Position numbers and translations under genes: made by a program
The notes under the pieces: generated by a model
Databases searched by the model: none
What the model was told of the DNA's origin: nothing
What the model saw: only the letters and a program-made list of their open reading frames with translations
Shown: piece by piece, positions 1 through 8,131 of the stretch
Layout of the letters: each line of letters starts with the position of its first letter
Numbering within the stretch: the first letter of the stretch is position 1
Assembly: GCA_951812855.1 (NCBI GenBank)
Contig: OX638337.1
Coordinates: 330,001-362,000, forward strand
Direction of reading: 5' to 3'
Source: an uncultured Lentisphaeria bacterium
Lineage (GTDB): Bacteria; Verrucomicrobiota; Lentisphaeria; JABSQK01; JAJFLO01
Length of the DNA: 32,000 nt

Positions 1-9
1 CATATACCA

Positions 10-31
10 TTAAACACAGTGTGCTTAATAT
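10..31. repeat. Copy A of a recurrent intergenic motif, TAAACACAGTGTGCTTAATAT. Positions 10-28 form a 19-bp near-palindrome, TTAAACACA-G-TGTGCTTAA.
   Basis: Read directly. It matches 13581-13600 at 20 of 21 positions with a single 1-nt gap. The palindrome arms match 8 of 9. Confidence 0.6.
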
Positions 32-41
32 ATAGGAAGCG

Positions 42-50
42 ATTATAACA
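42..50 (-). promoter_or_regulatory. Candidate extended -10 promoter element (minus strand reads TGTTATAAT) firing leftward out of the window
   Basis: The reverse complement of 42-50 is TGT-TATAAT, a perfect TGnTATAAT. No good -35 is present. The palindrome at 28-10 lies about 14-32 nt downstream of the hexamer. The driven gene is off-window. Confidence 0.3.
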
Positions 51-206
51 ATATGAATGATATGGAACATTGTCAGGGTTTGAGATGATAGGTAAGGTAT
101 AAGCAGTGATTAATTGATGATATGAATCCTTTGATTTCAGTCAGGATAAAAATCATCATTTTTTGTTCATCTCTTTAGCAGGAATTTTAAATTAACTATT
201 TGCAAT

Positions 207-1118
207 TCAGCATTCACTGCACGAGGCACCGTAAGCGAAACATGAATAACACCGGTGATGGCCTAACATTACCCGAACTTTCATACTCTCATCCAATGTT
301 TTTCCCAGATTATAGTTATTGTCATCATCAACTAAAGTGCATGCATAAATTCCTATTTCCCCATTTTTCTTCACTGCCATTTTACTGAAATTGCACATAA
401 AGGAGTCTCGTTGATTTTGATTAAGACAGGTTGTCATACATTTCTCCGTAATCTGCGGAACATTTGGAATTGAGCCGGGCCGATGAAATTCTGGAAATAC
501 GATGATGTGCAAATCTTCAGGAAGACCAACTGATTTGAATATTGGCAAATAGCTGTGATTAACTGCATTTACATCTTCGTTTTCAAGGCTCAAACGAGCA
601 ATCGAAACATTAAACCCATAGCGATATAGTCGTCCCAATGTTTTCAGTGCTTTAATGAAATTACCTTTTCCTCTTGATTCATCATGTTTTTTTTCATCAG
701 GGTGATCAAGACTAACTCTGAAACTAAGTGGATTGGCTTTTTCTCTTAGTGGAAGAATTTCACCAATCCGATTCATCAGAGGCTCTGCAGCATTGGTCAA
801 AACCATACACGGACGATATGTTAATGCGCAGTCTAAAATTGACACAAATTCTGGGTTAACAAACGGTTCACCGCCTGTAAATGAAAATTTTTCTACTCCA
901 AACTTTACTGCTTCATCTATTAATGGTTTTGCATCTTCTAATTCGATAGCGTTAATTCGATTATCACCCGGCTTCGAACCTTCCAGGCAAAAAGGGCATC
1001 TTAAATTGCAATTAGTTCCCGTGTGAAACCATAATTCCTTAAGGAGTTGTGGTTGTATATACCCTCGGGTATGTCCGTCGGATGTTTTTAACCAGCTATC
1101 GGTTTCAAGATGGTGCAT
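207..1118 (-). CDS. Radical SAM enzyme with a C-terminal Cys-rich tail (ArsS-like / DUF3641-type architecture)
   Basis: 303-aa ORF. It has CNLRCPFC (CX3CX2C) near the N-terminus, a TGGEPF glycine motif, and a C-terminal RCYSCFAYGASCSEC cluster resembling the CxxCxAxxGSSC tail of radical SAM/Cys-rich (ArsS) proteins. It overlaps the upstream FNR-like gene by 14 nt. Stop codon is TGA. Confidence 0.8.
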   Translation of the reverse strand: MHHLETDSWLKTSDGHTRGYIQPQLLKELWFHTGTNCNLRCPFCLEGSKPGDNRINAIELEDAKPLIDEAVKFGVEKFSFTGGEPFVNPEFVSILDCALTYRPCMVLTNAAEPLMNRIGEILPLREKANPLSFRVSLDHPDEKKHDESRGKGNFIKALKTLGRLYRYGFNVSIARLSLENEDVNAVNHSYLPIFKSVGLPEDLHIIVFPEFHRPGSIPNVPQITEKCMTTCLNQNQRDSFMCNFSKMAVKKNGEIGIYACTLVDDDNNYNLGKTLDESMKVRVMLGHHRCYSCFAYGASCSEC

Positions 1119-1776
1119 AAAAAAATACTTCCCTGTGAATTTTTGAAAAATCTACACCATTTTTTTCAAGCCACTCACTGACCTCATCGATCATTGCATC
1201 CAAACCACACAGGTAAAAGTGGAGGTCTGAATTTAACTTCAATGCTGGAAGAAAACCGGTAACCCGTCCACAATGATACTGGTGATCATTTTCTCTTGAT
1301 ACTGCGAGTTTAACCTCACATTGTGATTGCACCAGTTCTAACTCAAGAGCATCACAAACCCTTTTAACCCCGTATAAACAACACCCTGGAGGTCTTTCCG
1401 GGCACGAACGCATATAGGACAGAAATGGTGCGATTCCTGTTCCTGTAGCAATAAATATAAACGGGTCACCGGCTAAGTTTTGACCGGGTCGAAACCATCC
1501 GTAAGGCCTGGTATGAATGACGTGATCGCCTGCTTTGAGTTTGGATAACCAATTACTTAACTCACCACCGGGCAATTTTTGAATAAGAAGGCGAAGACCC
1601 GTTTCAGAGGTTCCTGACGCAATGCTATATGGACGAGATTGGGATTGATCTGCATTAAAAATTGAAATCGAATCACCCGGTTGAAATTCCATTTCGTTTC
1701 GTTCAATTATCAGTTCAAAGACAAGTGGAGATTTCCATTCAATCCGGACAACTGCTGATGAATAATTTACTTCCAT
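1105..1776 (-). CDS. FNR-family FAD/NAD(P)-binding oxidoreductase (ferredoxin-NADP reductase-like)
   Basis: 223-aa ORF. It has RPYSIAS (the RxYS FAD motif), GGELS, and the IATGTGIAPF nucleotide-binding motif. It is translationally overlapped with the radical SAM gene. Confidence 0.8.
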   Translation of the reverse strand: MEVNYSSAVVRIEWKSPLVFELIIERNEMEFQPGDSISIFNADQSQSRPYSIASGTSETGLRLLIQKLPGGELSNWLSKLKAGDHVIHTRPYGWFRPGQNLAGDPFIFIATGTGIAPFLSYMRSCPERPPGCCLYGVKRVCDALELELVQSQCEVKLAVSRENDHQYHCGRVTGFLPALKLNSDLHFYLCGLDAMIDEVSEWLEKNGVDFSKIHREVFFYAPS

Positions 1777-1867
1777 TAATTTACCTCTGATCAGTAAAAC
1801 TTACAATTATTGCACATCGTGTGATCACTGCAAAATTATTACCTAAATTCCCGGTTTCATACTGTAA

Positions 1868-2929
1868 TCAACAACAGGATGCACCTGATTTTCCTTTTGA
1901 ACTATCCACGGAAGAATCAGGTCGGGAACAATCAAATAAACCATAATGGACCGAACGATCACCAATAATCTGAAAATGTTCCTTCAACCGTGTCCTCTCC
2001 AACATCGAGGTCGTATTACCACACACTGACATCGGCATCCCTTTCTTAAACACATGATGATCGTCCAGGACAAATTCATGAGGCGATTCTTCAATCGTTC
2101 CCAAATAAATTGCAACCTGACCATAATCTTCACAAACATCTTCAAGTTCTGCTATTTTGAATGCTCGTATTGTAATCGAATAAAAATCAATCATTCCCGC
2201 AATTTTTCCCAATTTATGATTATGAAGATCGATTATTTTTTTATTCATTATTCTATAATCGAGACAACCGAGTTCTCTGAGCATACGGCGAAAATCTTCA
2301 ATATATAATGCACCACCTAAACATTCACCATAGAGAACGGGGTTCGTTTTTAACTCAGTTGGAATTCGCCGTGACGAGAACACATCTGAAAAATAAAGTT
2401 CACCACCCGGTTTTAAAACCCTGAAAATTTCCTTAAACACGCTTTCTTTATTGGGCGATAAATTGATCACGCAATTTGAAATGACAATATCAACAGAATT
2501 ATCTTCAATCCCCATCGAATCCAGGTCTTCAATAAACCCCTTTCTAAAATCTATATTGGGCTTTTTGTATCCAAATTTTTTCGTCTGAGAATCAATATGT
2601 CGAATCGCCACATTTAACTGTTCCTCAGTCATGTCAACACCAATGACATAACCATTTTCACCAACCAGGTATGACGCCATATATACATCCCGACCGGTAC
2701 CACAGCCTAAATCTAAGACTCTTTGCCCTTCCATACATAAAGGCATAGGCGATCCACAACCGTAAAATCGCTCCAGGATTTCATCATCAATGATGCCTGA
2801 TATTTTTTTGTGATGCTCCGGAATGGAATCAATCGAACAGCATGCACTGGTTTTTAGATCACCATTTGATTTTAATTGTTTACCATAATAATCTTTAACA
2901 GTCTCCAAAATTGAGGTAGAATCGTTCAT
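1868..2929 (-). CDS. arsM: Arsenite S-adenosylmethionine methyltransferase (ArsM/AS3MT family)
   Basis: 353-aa ORF. It has LKTSACC, FYGCGSP, the VLDLGCGTGRD SAM-binding motif, ISNCVINL, LKPGGELYFSDV and YGECLGGALY. All four As(III)-binding and catalytic Cys positions of AS3MT/ArsM appear present. The tail ends GASCC. The ATG lies 2 nt after the YyaL-like stop. Confidence 0.8.
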   Translation of the reverse strand: MNDSTSILETVKDYYGKQLKSNGDLKTSACCSIDSIPEHHKKISGIIDDEILERFYGCGSPMPLCMEGQRVLDLGCGTGRDVYMASYLVGENGYVIGVDMTEEQLNVAIRHIDSQTKKFGYKKPNIDFRKGFIEDLDSMGIEDNSVDIVISNCVINLSPNKESVFKEIFRVLKPGGELYFSDVFSSRRIPTELKTNPVLYGECLGGALYIEDFRRMLRELGCLDYRIMNKKIIDLHNHKLGKIAGMIDFYSITIRAFKIAELEDVCEDYGQVAIYLGTIEESPHEFVLDDHHVFKKGMPMSVCGNTTSMLERTRLKEHFQIIGDRSVHYGLFDCSRPDSSVDSSKGKSGASCC

Positions 2930-2931
2930 GA

Positions 2932-5151
2932 TTAATCCTTTTCAAGAAGAGTTATTAATTTTTCAACCGACGTTACCGGCATTTTGCATGTAAAATTTTT
3001 ACATACAAACACCGTTGTTTTGTCAGAAATTTGAGATTTAGACTTTAACAAGGGTACCCATTTTACTAATTCATCCGCATTCGGCAAACGGGAATCATAT
3101 AATGCCAAAACCTTATTCGGTATAAACATACTATGAACAGCTGTAAAAACAGCCTTTGTTTCAGAACTGGCAAATTGTCCAACAATTGCTATTTCTTTGG
3201 GAGGGAAAAGATAAAAATCAACTGCCGACAACATATTCATATAACCTCTTGGTGCTTTGGAAATTGATGTCGAATTAACCTTTAAGATCTTCTCGGCTTT
3301 GTTAAAGTAAGATTCATTGTCTAATAATTTTGCAAGTCGAAACAATGCCATTGCCGCCATAGAATTACCAGACGGGACTGCACCGTCATAAGTTGGCTTC
3401 GTTCTTACAATCAGATCGTCCTGTTTATCTTCTGTAAAATAAAATCCTCCATGTATATCGTCCCAAAACTTAGAAATCATTACTCTTGTCATTTCATCAG
3501 CAGTCTTTAACCATCGGATATCAAAATCTGCCTCATAGAGATCAATCAATGCAGTAATGAAATAAGAATAGTCATTAAAATTTCCTGCAATTTTTGTAAT
3601 TCCCTTTCGATGTATCCTGAATAATTCACCCGACCGAACCATCTCTTCAAGAATGAAATTTGCAGCTTTTTTTGCTAAATCAAGATACTCATCATTTTCA
3701 AGTATCTGGTATGCCCTCGAATATGAACTGATCATTAAACTATTCCAGGCAGTTATAATTTTGTCATCTTTTCCTGGATGCACTCTCTGATTACGTACTA
3801 AAAACAGCTTGGTCCGTATTTTATCAATTTTGATCTGCAAATCCTTGATCGTTATACCGACTTCTCTTGCAATATTTTCAGGTGAATTGCTAATATGAGG
3901 TATATTAAGATTTTTATGATATGCCTCATGAGAAGAAAAATTTCCCCTCCGTTTAATATTAAAAAATCGGCAGAATAATTCTCCATCTTGATCACCGAGG
4001 ATTTCCATTAATTCATCATAATCCCAAATATAAAAAATTCCCTCTTTGCCTTCGCTGTCTGCATCTTCACTCGAATAGAAACCCCCATTGTTACTGGTCA
4101 TTTCAGTAGCAACATAGCTAAGAACTTCTTCACAGATCCTTTTAAAAAGGGGATTTTTGGTTAACTGGTAGGCTTCAAGATAAACCTGACTAAGCAATGC
4201 ATTGTCATAGAGCATTTTTTCAAAATGAGGAACCAGCCATTGATCATCTACTGAATACCGGTGAAATCCTCCACCAATTTGATCGTACATGCCCCCATAG
4301 GCCATTTTCTGCAGCGTGGTACTGGCAATATTTAAAAATTCTTTATCGTTCGTATGATTGTAATAGCGAAGCAGGAAAGAAATAGACTTGCCGGGCGGAA
4401 ATTTTGGTGCGTCACCAAAGCCACCAAATTCATGATCATAGGATTGTTTCAATGCCTCTGCTGCATGTTCCAGATGATCCTTGCGAATTTCACCTTCTCC
4501 ATTACGCATCAGTCCTGAATGTTTACGTATCTGATCTGTAAACTGAACTGAAAAATTAATAACCTGCTCCTTCTTTTGTTCCCATAATTTGATTAAATGG
4601 TTGAGCACTGTTTTGAAACCCGGCCGACCATATTTATCCTCAGGCGGGAAATAGGTCCCTCCATAAAACGGTTTAAGCTCGGGAGTCAGAAAAACACTCA
4701 TTGGCCAACCACCACTACCTGTCATTATTTGTACTGATGTCATATATATTTCATCTAAATCCGGGCGCTCTTCCCTGTCTACCTTGATAGATACGAAGTG
4801 TTTGTTGAGTAATTTGGCGATTGCTTTATTTTCAAAGGATTCGTGTTCCATGACATGGCACCAGTGACAAGCGGAATAACCAATTGATAAAAAAATGGGT
4901 TTATTTTCATTTTTTGCCTTATTTAATGCCTCATCTCCCCATGGATACCAATCAACCGGATTATGAGCATGCTGCAGTAAATAAGGACTTGCTTCATTAA
5001 TTAATCGATTACTGAACTTGACGGATTTGGTTTTAGGCACATTGGCGGGGGAATGGGGCATGGTGTCATCCTTTGAGATTGTAAAACTTACAGGAATACC
5101 GAGTAACATTATTATAATTAAACTAAGTGAACCTTTTTTATTATTCTTCAA
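2932..5151 (-). CDS. Exported thioredoxin-domain protein, DUF255/YyaL (SPATA20-like) family
   Basis: 739-aa ORF. It has an N-terminal hydrophobic signal or anchor, an NPVDWYPWG...[18 protein letters not shown] thioredoxin-like block (CHWC), and a long helical C-terminal domain typical of the family. It has a TTG start with AAAGAGAGA upstream. Confidence 0.8.
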   Translation of the reverse strand: MKNNKKGSLSLIIIMLLGIPVSFTISKDDTMPHSPANVPKTKSVKFSNRLINEASPYLLQHAHNPVDWYPWGDEALNKAKNENKPIFLSIGYSACHWCHVMEHESFENKAIAKLLNKHFVSIKVDREERPDLDEIYMTSVQIMTGSGGWPMSVFLTPELKPFYGGTYFPPEDKYGRPGFKTVLNHLIKLWEQKKEQVINFSVQFTDQIRKHSGLMRNGEGEIRKDHLEHAAEALKQSYDHEFGGFGDAPKFPPGKSISFLLRYYNHTNDKEFLNIASTTLQKMAYGGMYDQIGGGFHRYSVDDQWLVPHFEKMLYDNALLSQVYLEAYQLTKNPLFKRICEEVLSYVATEMTSNNGGFYSSEDADSEGKEGIFYIWDYDELMEILGDQDGELFCRFFNIKRRGNFSSHEAYHKNLNIPHISNSPENIAREVGITIKDLQIKIDKIRTKLFLVRNQRVHPGKDDKIITAWNSLMISSYSRAYQILENDEYLDLAKKAANFILEEMVRSGELFRIHRKGITKIAGNFNDYSYFITALIDLYEADFDIRWLKTADEMTRVMISKFWDDIHGGFYFTEDKQDDLIVRTKPTYDGAVPSGNSMAAMALFRLAKLLDNESYFNKAEKILKVNSTSISKAPRGYMNMLSAVDFYLFPPKEIAIVGQFASSETKAVFTAVHSMFIPNKVLALYDSRLPNADELVKWVPLLKSKSQISDKTTVFVCKNFTCKMPVTSVEKLITLLEKD

Positions 5152-5180
5152 CAGGTATATCTCTCTTTATTTTAAAGAAT

Positions 5181-5435
5181 TCAACGCTTAATTATTATGG
5201 TATCGACAGGAATTGAATCAATATCTGTTGAGGATCGTTTAATTTCACGATTTGCAACAAAACATTTGTTCGTTAAAATTTTATAAATCCAGGCCTTCAA
5301 ATTGGTTCCGTCTCGAAACTTCGATAATTGTTTGAATGCCGGATAGATGGCAGAGGATATAACGTCTTCAGCAACATCTCTGTAAAATTCATGCCGATGG
5401 GTTTCTATTTTTTCAACAAACTCATTGCTCGTCAT
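5181..5435 (-). CDS. Sigma-70/ECF region-2-only ORF (truncated sigma factor or sigma-like small protein)
   Basis: 84-aa ORF. AEDVISSAIYPAFKQLSKFRDGTNLKAWIYKILTNKCFVANRE matches the ECF sigma region 2 pattern (AEDxxQExFxxAxxxLxxFxxxxxFxxWLYxIxxN...R). No region 4 HTH is present and there is no room for one before 5151. It has an ATGA start/stop overlap with the upstream gene. Confidence 0.55.
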   Translation of the reverse strand: MTSNEFVEKIETHRHEFYRDVAEDVISSAIYPAFKQLSKFRDGTNLKAWIYKILTNKCFVANREIKRSSTDIDSIPVDTIIIKR

Positions 5436-6361
5436 TTATGAAATGATTCTAATCGTTGAGTTAATTGAGCAATATTATTTTGAAACTCATTATGTTTATG
5501 TGTGCTTTGAGTACTATTTTCAGGTCGACTCTGTAACCAATGATTCAGTGCCTGTTTCTCGTTATTTAATTTTTCGTGAATTTCCAGGTATTTCACTGCA
5601 TTTTCCGGTTTTAATTTACTGGCATGATGCCGGGCTTCTATAGACTCAATCTGATAGCTCAAATCATTGAGTTGCCCATAAAATTCAAAATACTCTTGAC
5701 GATTGCTATCGTTTGTGGCAGGTCTGGATTCCAACCATTTATTAAATTGACCCTGCAAATTTTCTTTCTGAATAATTAACTGCTGAAATGCTGCTGCTTT
5801 TTCAGGTTTCAACTCCTTTAGGAAACTGTTGATCATACCCTTTGACTTCTTTATGATCTTTGATACTCTCCTCTTAAATTTAGCAATATCCGGGTCCTGA
5901 CTTGCACCAAGACGTCCAAGTTCAGTTTTTCCGTCAGAATCTAAGATCACATAGGTTGGGTACCCCGAAATAGAAAATTTATTCTGCAGTTCCATATTTC
6001 TTCTCTTAAATTTTTCAGGAACAATTGTCTTATCCATGGGAAAATCAATTTTTACTAAAATAATTCTATCTCTTGCATAGTTCATCCATTCAGATTTGCT
6101 GAATATTTTCTTTTCCATAATTTTACACCAACCACACCAATCCGAACCCGTAAAATCCAACAAAACCGGAATGGTATTTTTTTCGGCCAAACCTAATGCC
6201 GCATCAAAATCCATGGTCCATTTTCCTAATTCCGCACCCTCTTTCAATATGACTGCATTTGTATAACCAGAGTTGATAAATAGAAAAAAGATGAAACTGA
6301 AAGGGTACAATCGATTATAAAAACGACGCTTTTCAGGAAGTTTATTTTTTATTGATTTCAT
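5432..6361 (-). CDS. Exported thioredoxin-fold protein (CGWC active site) with a C-terminal coiled-coil/repeat region
   Basis: 309-aa ORF. It has a signal-like N-terminus (LYPFSFIFFLFINSGYTNA) and a PVLLDFTGSDWCGWCKIMEKK thioredoxin-like CxxC block. NKWLESRP and NHWLQSRPE form an internal repeat. Confidence 0.75.
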   Translation of the reverse strand: MKSIKNKLPEKRRFYNRLYPFSFIFFLFINSGYTNAVILKEGAELGKWTMDFDAALGLAEKNTIPVLLDFTGSDWCGWCKIMEKKIFSKSEWMNYARDRIILVKIDFPMDKTIVPEKFKRRNMELQNKFSISGYPTYVILDSDGKTELGRLGASQDPDIAKFKRRVSKIIKKSKGMINSFLKELKPEKAAAFQQLIIQKENLQGQFNKWLESRPATNDSNRQEYFEFYGQLNDLSYQIESIEARHHASKLKPENAVKYLEIHEKLNNEKQALNHWLQSRPENSTQSTHKHNEFQNNIAQLTQRLESFHK

Positions 6362-6459
6362 TATTCAAGACTTTCATTTTTTTCAAGAGTTTATAATTTA
6401 AAATGCCCAGAGAATTAACCTGCTGCTGATACTATATTGAGTTGAGAACTGTTATTATC

Positions 6460-7539
6460 TCAACTATCCAATATTTTTTGGTCACATTGGAATATCGTTG
6501 CAATTATTGCAACACGCATCCACATGCCATTACGTTCCTGTCTCCAATATACAACTCGTGGATCATCTGCGTAATCGACCTCTATTTCAATCTCATCCCG
6601 TTTTGGAAGCGGGTGTAACAGACAGGCAGTGGGTTTCATTAATTTAAGATATTCCTTTTTAAAAATAACATTATCATTCGTCGGCGGGTGCCCGCCTTTT
6701 TCAACCTTGTCCCATTCATCCTGAACCCTGGTCATATAAATAGCATCTACACTGTCAATGGCGTCACGAATTGAATCTATTTTTGAATAAGGAATTTTAT
6801 GTGAATCCAAAAATTTTATAATATCATCTTTCATTTGAAATTGATCCGGGGCTGCAAAGATAAGTTCGACATTATTATAGTTTTTCATCAGATAACTTAA
6901 TGACCGAACTGTTCTTCCCCGTTTAAGGTCCCCCACCAACATGATTTTTTTACCGTCAATACCGCCAGATTCATTAAAGCTTTTCCCCAGAGTATAAATA
7001 TCCAACAATGCCTGTGTGGGATGATGAAGATTACCGGAACCTCCGGAAATAATTGGAATAGGTCGTTCTTCATCCCCTATAGATACTCGACGTGCTGCTT
7101 TGGCAGCTACCCAAAATGCAATTGCCGCTGCATCATTGTCAAAATGTCTCATGACGACCAGATCAACATAGGAAAGAAATGTCCTTATTGAATCCTCCAG
7201 TGACTCACCTTTAGATATGGAGGAAATATTCAGATCACGCAATGACATACGCTTCATCCCCAGTATTGCCTGTGCTGCACTAAATGACAGAAATGTTCGT
7301 GAACTCGGCTGAACAAAGAAATTTAACGCAATCCGGTTTGATAATAAACCGGCTAATTTTTGTGCACCTTCAGTTGATTTAAACAGGGCACGACATTTAT
7401 CTGCGAGGATACAATAATCATCCAAGTCCTTTCGGGAAAATTGTTGTGCATAGAGTAATGCATAATCTTTTATATATGACAACTTATCTACTTCAGATAA
7501 TTTCAAAAAATCGCTAAGAAGAATATCAATGACAGGCAA
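6460..7539 (-). CDS. pyrB: Aspartate carbamoyltransferase catalytic chain-like protein (divergent)
   Basis: 359-aa ORF. It has FFVQPSSRTFLSF (in place of the canonical STRTR), SKGESLEDS, VMRH, HHPTQ, GDLKRGRTVRSL, TRVQDEW and HPLPKRDEI. It has a TTG start, an N-terminal extension of about 40 aa and an internal insertion. Confidence 0.7.
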   Translation of the reverse strand: MPVIDILLSDFLKLSEVDKLSYIKDYALLYAQQFSRKDLDDYCILADKCRALFKSTEGAQKLAGLLSNRIALNFFVQPSSRTFLSFSAAQAILGMKRMSLRDLNISSISKGESLEDSIRTFLSYVDLVVMRHFDNDAAAIAFWVAAKAARRVSIGDEERPIPIISGGSGNLHHPTQALLDIYTLGKSFNESGGIDGKKIMLVGDLKRGRTVRSLSYLMKNYNNVELIFAAPDQFQMKDDIIKFLDSHKIPYSKIDSIRDAIDSVDAIYMTRVQDEWDKVEKGGHPPTNDNVIFKKEYLKLMKPTACLLHPLPKRDEIEIEVDYADDPRVVYWRQERNGMWMRVAIIATIFQCDQKILDS

Positions 7540-7664
7540 TTTTACTCATTTCTGTTTAATGATTATAGTTTCTAAGGATTTATATAATTATATTTCATTC
7601 TAAATGTGAAACATAATATTCCAAATAAATTAGAATACTCTAAAACACCGGGAAAAGATTAAAT

Positions 7665-8123
7665 ATGACAGAAAAATCATTTGGGATTATACCGTTATTA
7701 ATGGAAAAAAATACTCTCTACTATCTTCTAATTCAACATAACAAAGGGCATTGGGGATTTCCGAAAGGTCATGTTGAAAAAAATGAGTCAGACATTCAAA
7801 CCGCATGCAGAGAATTTACCGAAGAGACGGGAATAAATGAGTTTAATTTAATCAGCAGTCTGGTTTTTCAGGAACACTATTGCCGTAAAAATAAACGTCA
7901 TCAGAAGGTCGATAAAACAGTAACGTATTTTCCTGCACAAATCTTCGATCGCACGGTGAATAAACAGGTCGAAGAAATCAATGATTTTAGTTGGGGAACC
8001 TATAATCAAACACTAAGATTAATCACATTTGATGAAGGAAAAAGCTTATTGAAAAATGCTCACAAGAAAATAAGCAAACTGTATAAAAATACACTTCAGC
8101 CCAATAAAACATCATCACGATGA
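7665..8123 (+). CDS. Nudix hydrolase (Ap4A-hydrolase-like)
   Basis: 152-aa ORF. The Nudix box is GHVEKNESDIQTACREFTEETGI (GX5EX7REUXEEXGU). Confidence 0.8.
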   Translation: MTEKSFGIIPLLMEKNTLYYLLIQHNKGHWGFPKGHVEKNESDIQTACREFTEETGINEFNLISSLVFQEHYCRKNKRHQKVDKTVTYFPAQIFDRTVNKQVEEINDFSWGTYNQTLRLITFDEGKSLLKNAHKKISKLYKNTLQPNKTSSR

Positions 8124-8131
8124 CCTTCAAT

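Noticed and set aside
204-209. TGA directly after the Cys-rich tails of both the radical SAM protein (...SCSEC-TGA, 207-209) and ArsM (...GASCC-TGA, 1868-1870). I considered selenocysteine recoding, because some ArsS-family members are reported to be selenoproteins.
   Set aside because: TGA is the ordinary stop for several neighbouring genes (sigma-like ORF, Trx-fold protein, pyrB-like). The conserved tail Cys is already encoded as Cys. Readthrough would add only 4 aa (IANS) or 28 unremarkable aa. I could not find a convincing SECIS-like stem-loop just downstream. The prfB UGA frameshift site implies UGA functions as a stop.
733-1026. Many 62-112 aa ORFs on the strand opposite long genes. Examples are 200-388, 733-1026, 2054-2308, 4197-4385, 13683-14019, 15032-15477, 19174-19881, 23689-24027 and 26128-27206.
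   Set aside because: They lie entirely within, and antisense or out of frame to, well-supported longer CDSs. Their composition is low-complexity and skewed, with no motifs. They are typical shadow ORFs of an AT-rich genome.
5432-6361. The internal repeat NKWLESRP... / NHWLQSRPE... in the Trx-fold protein as a possible DNA-level tandem repeat or mobile insertion.
   Set aside because: The similarity is only at the short peptide level, inside a coiled-coil-like region. No extended nucleotide repeat is visible.
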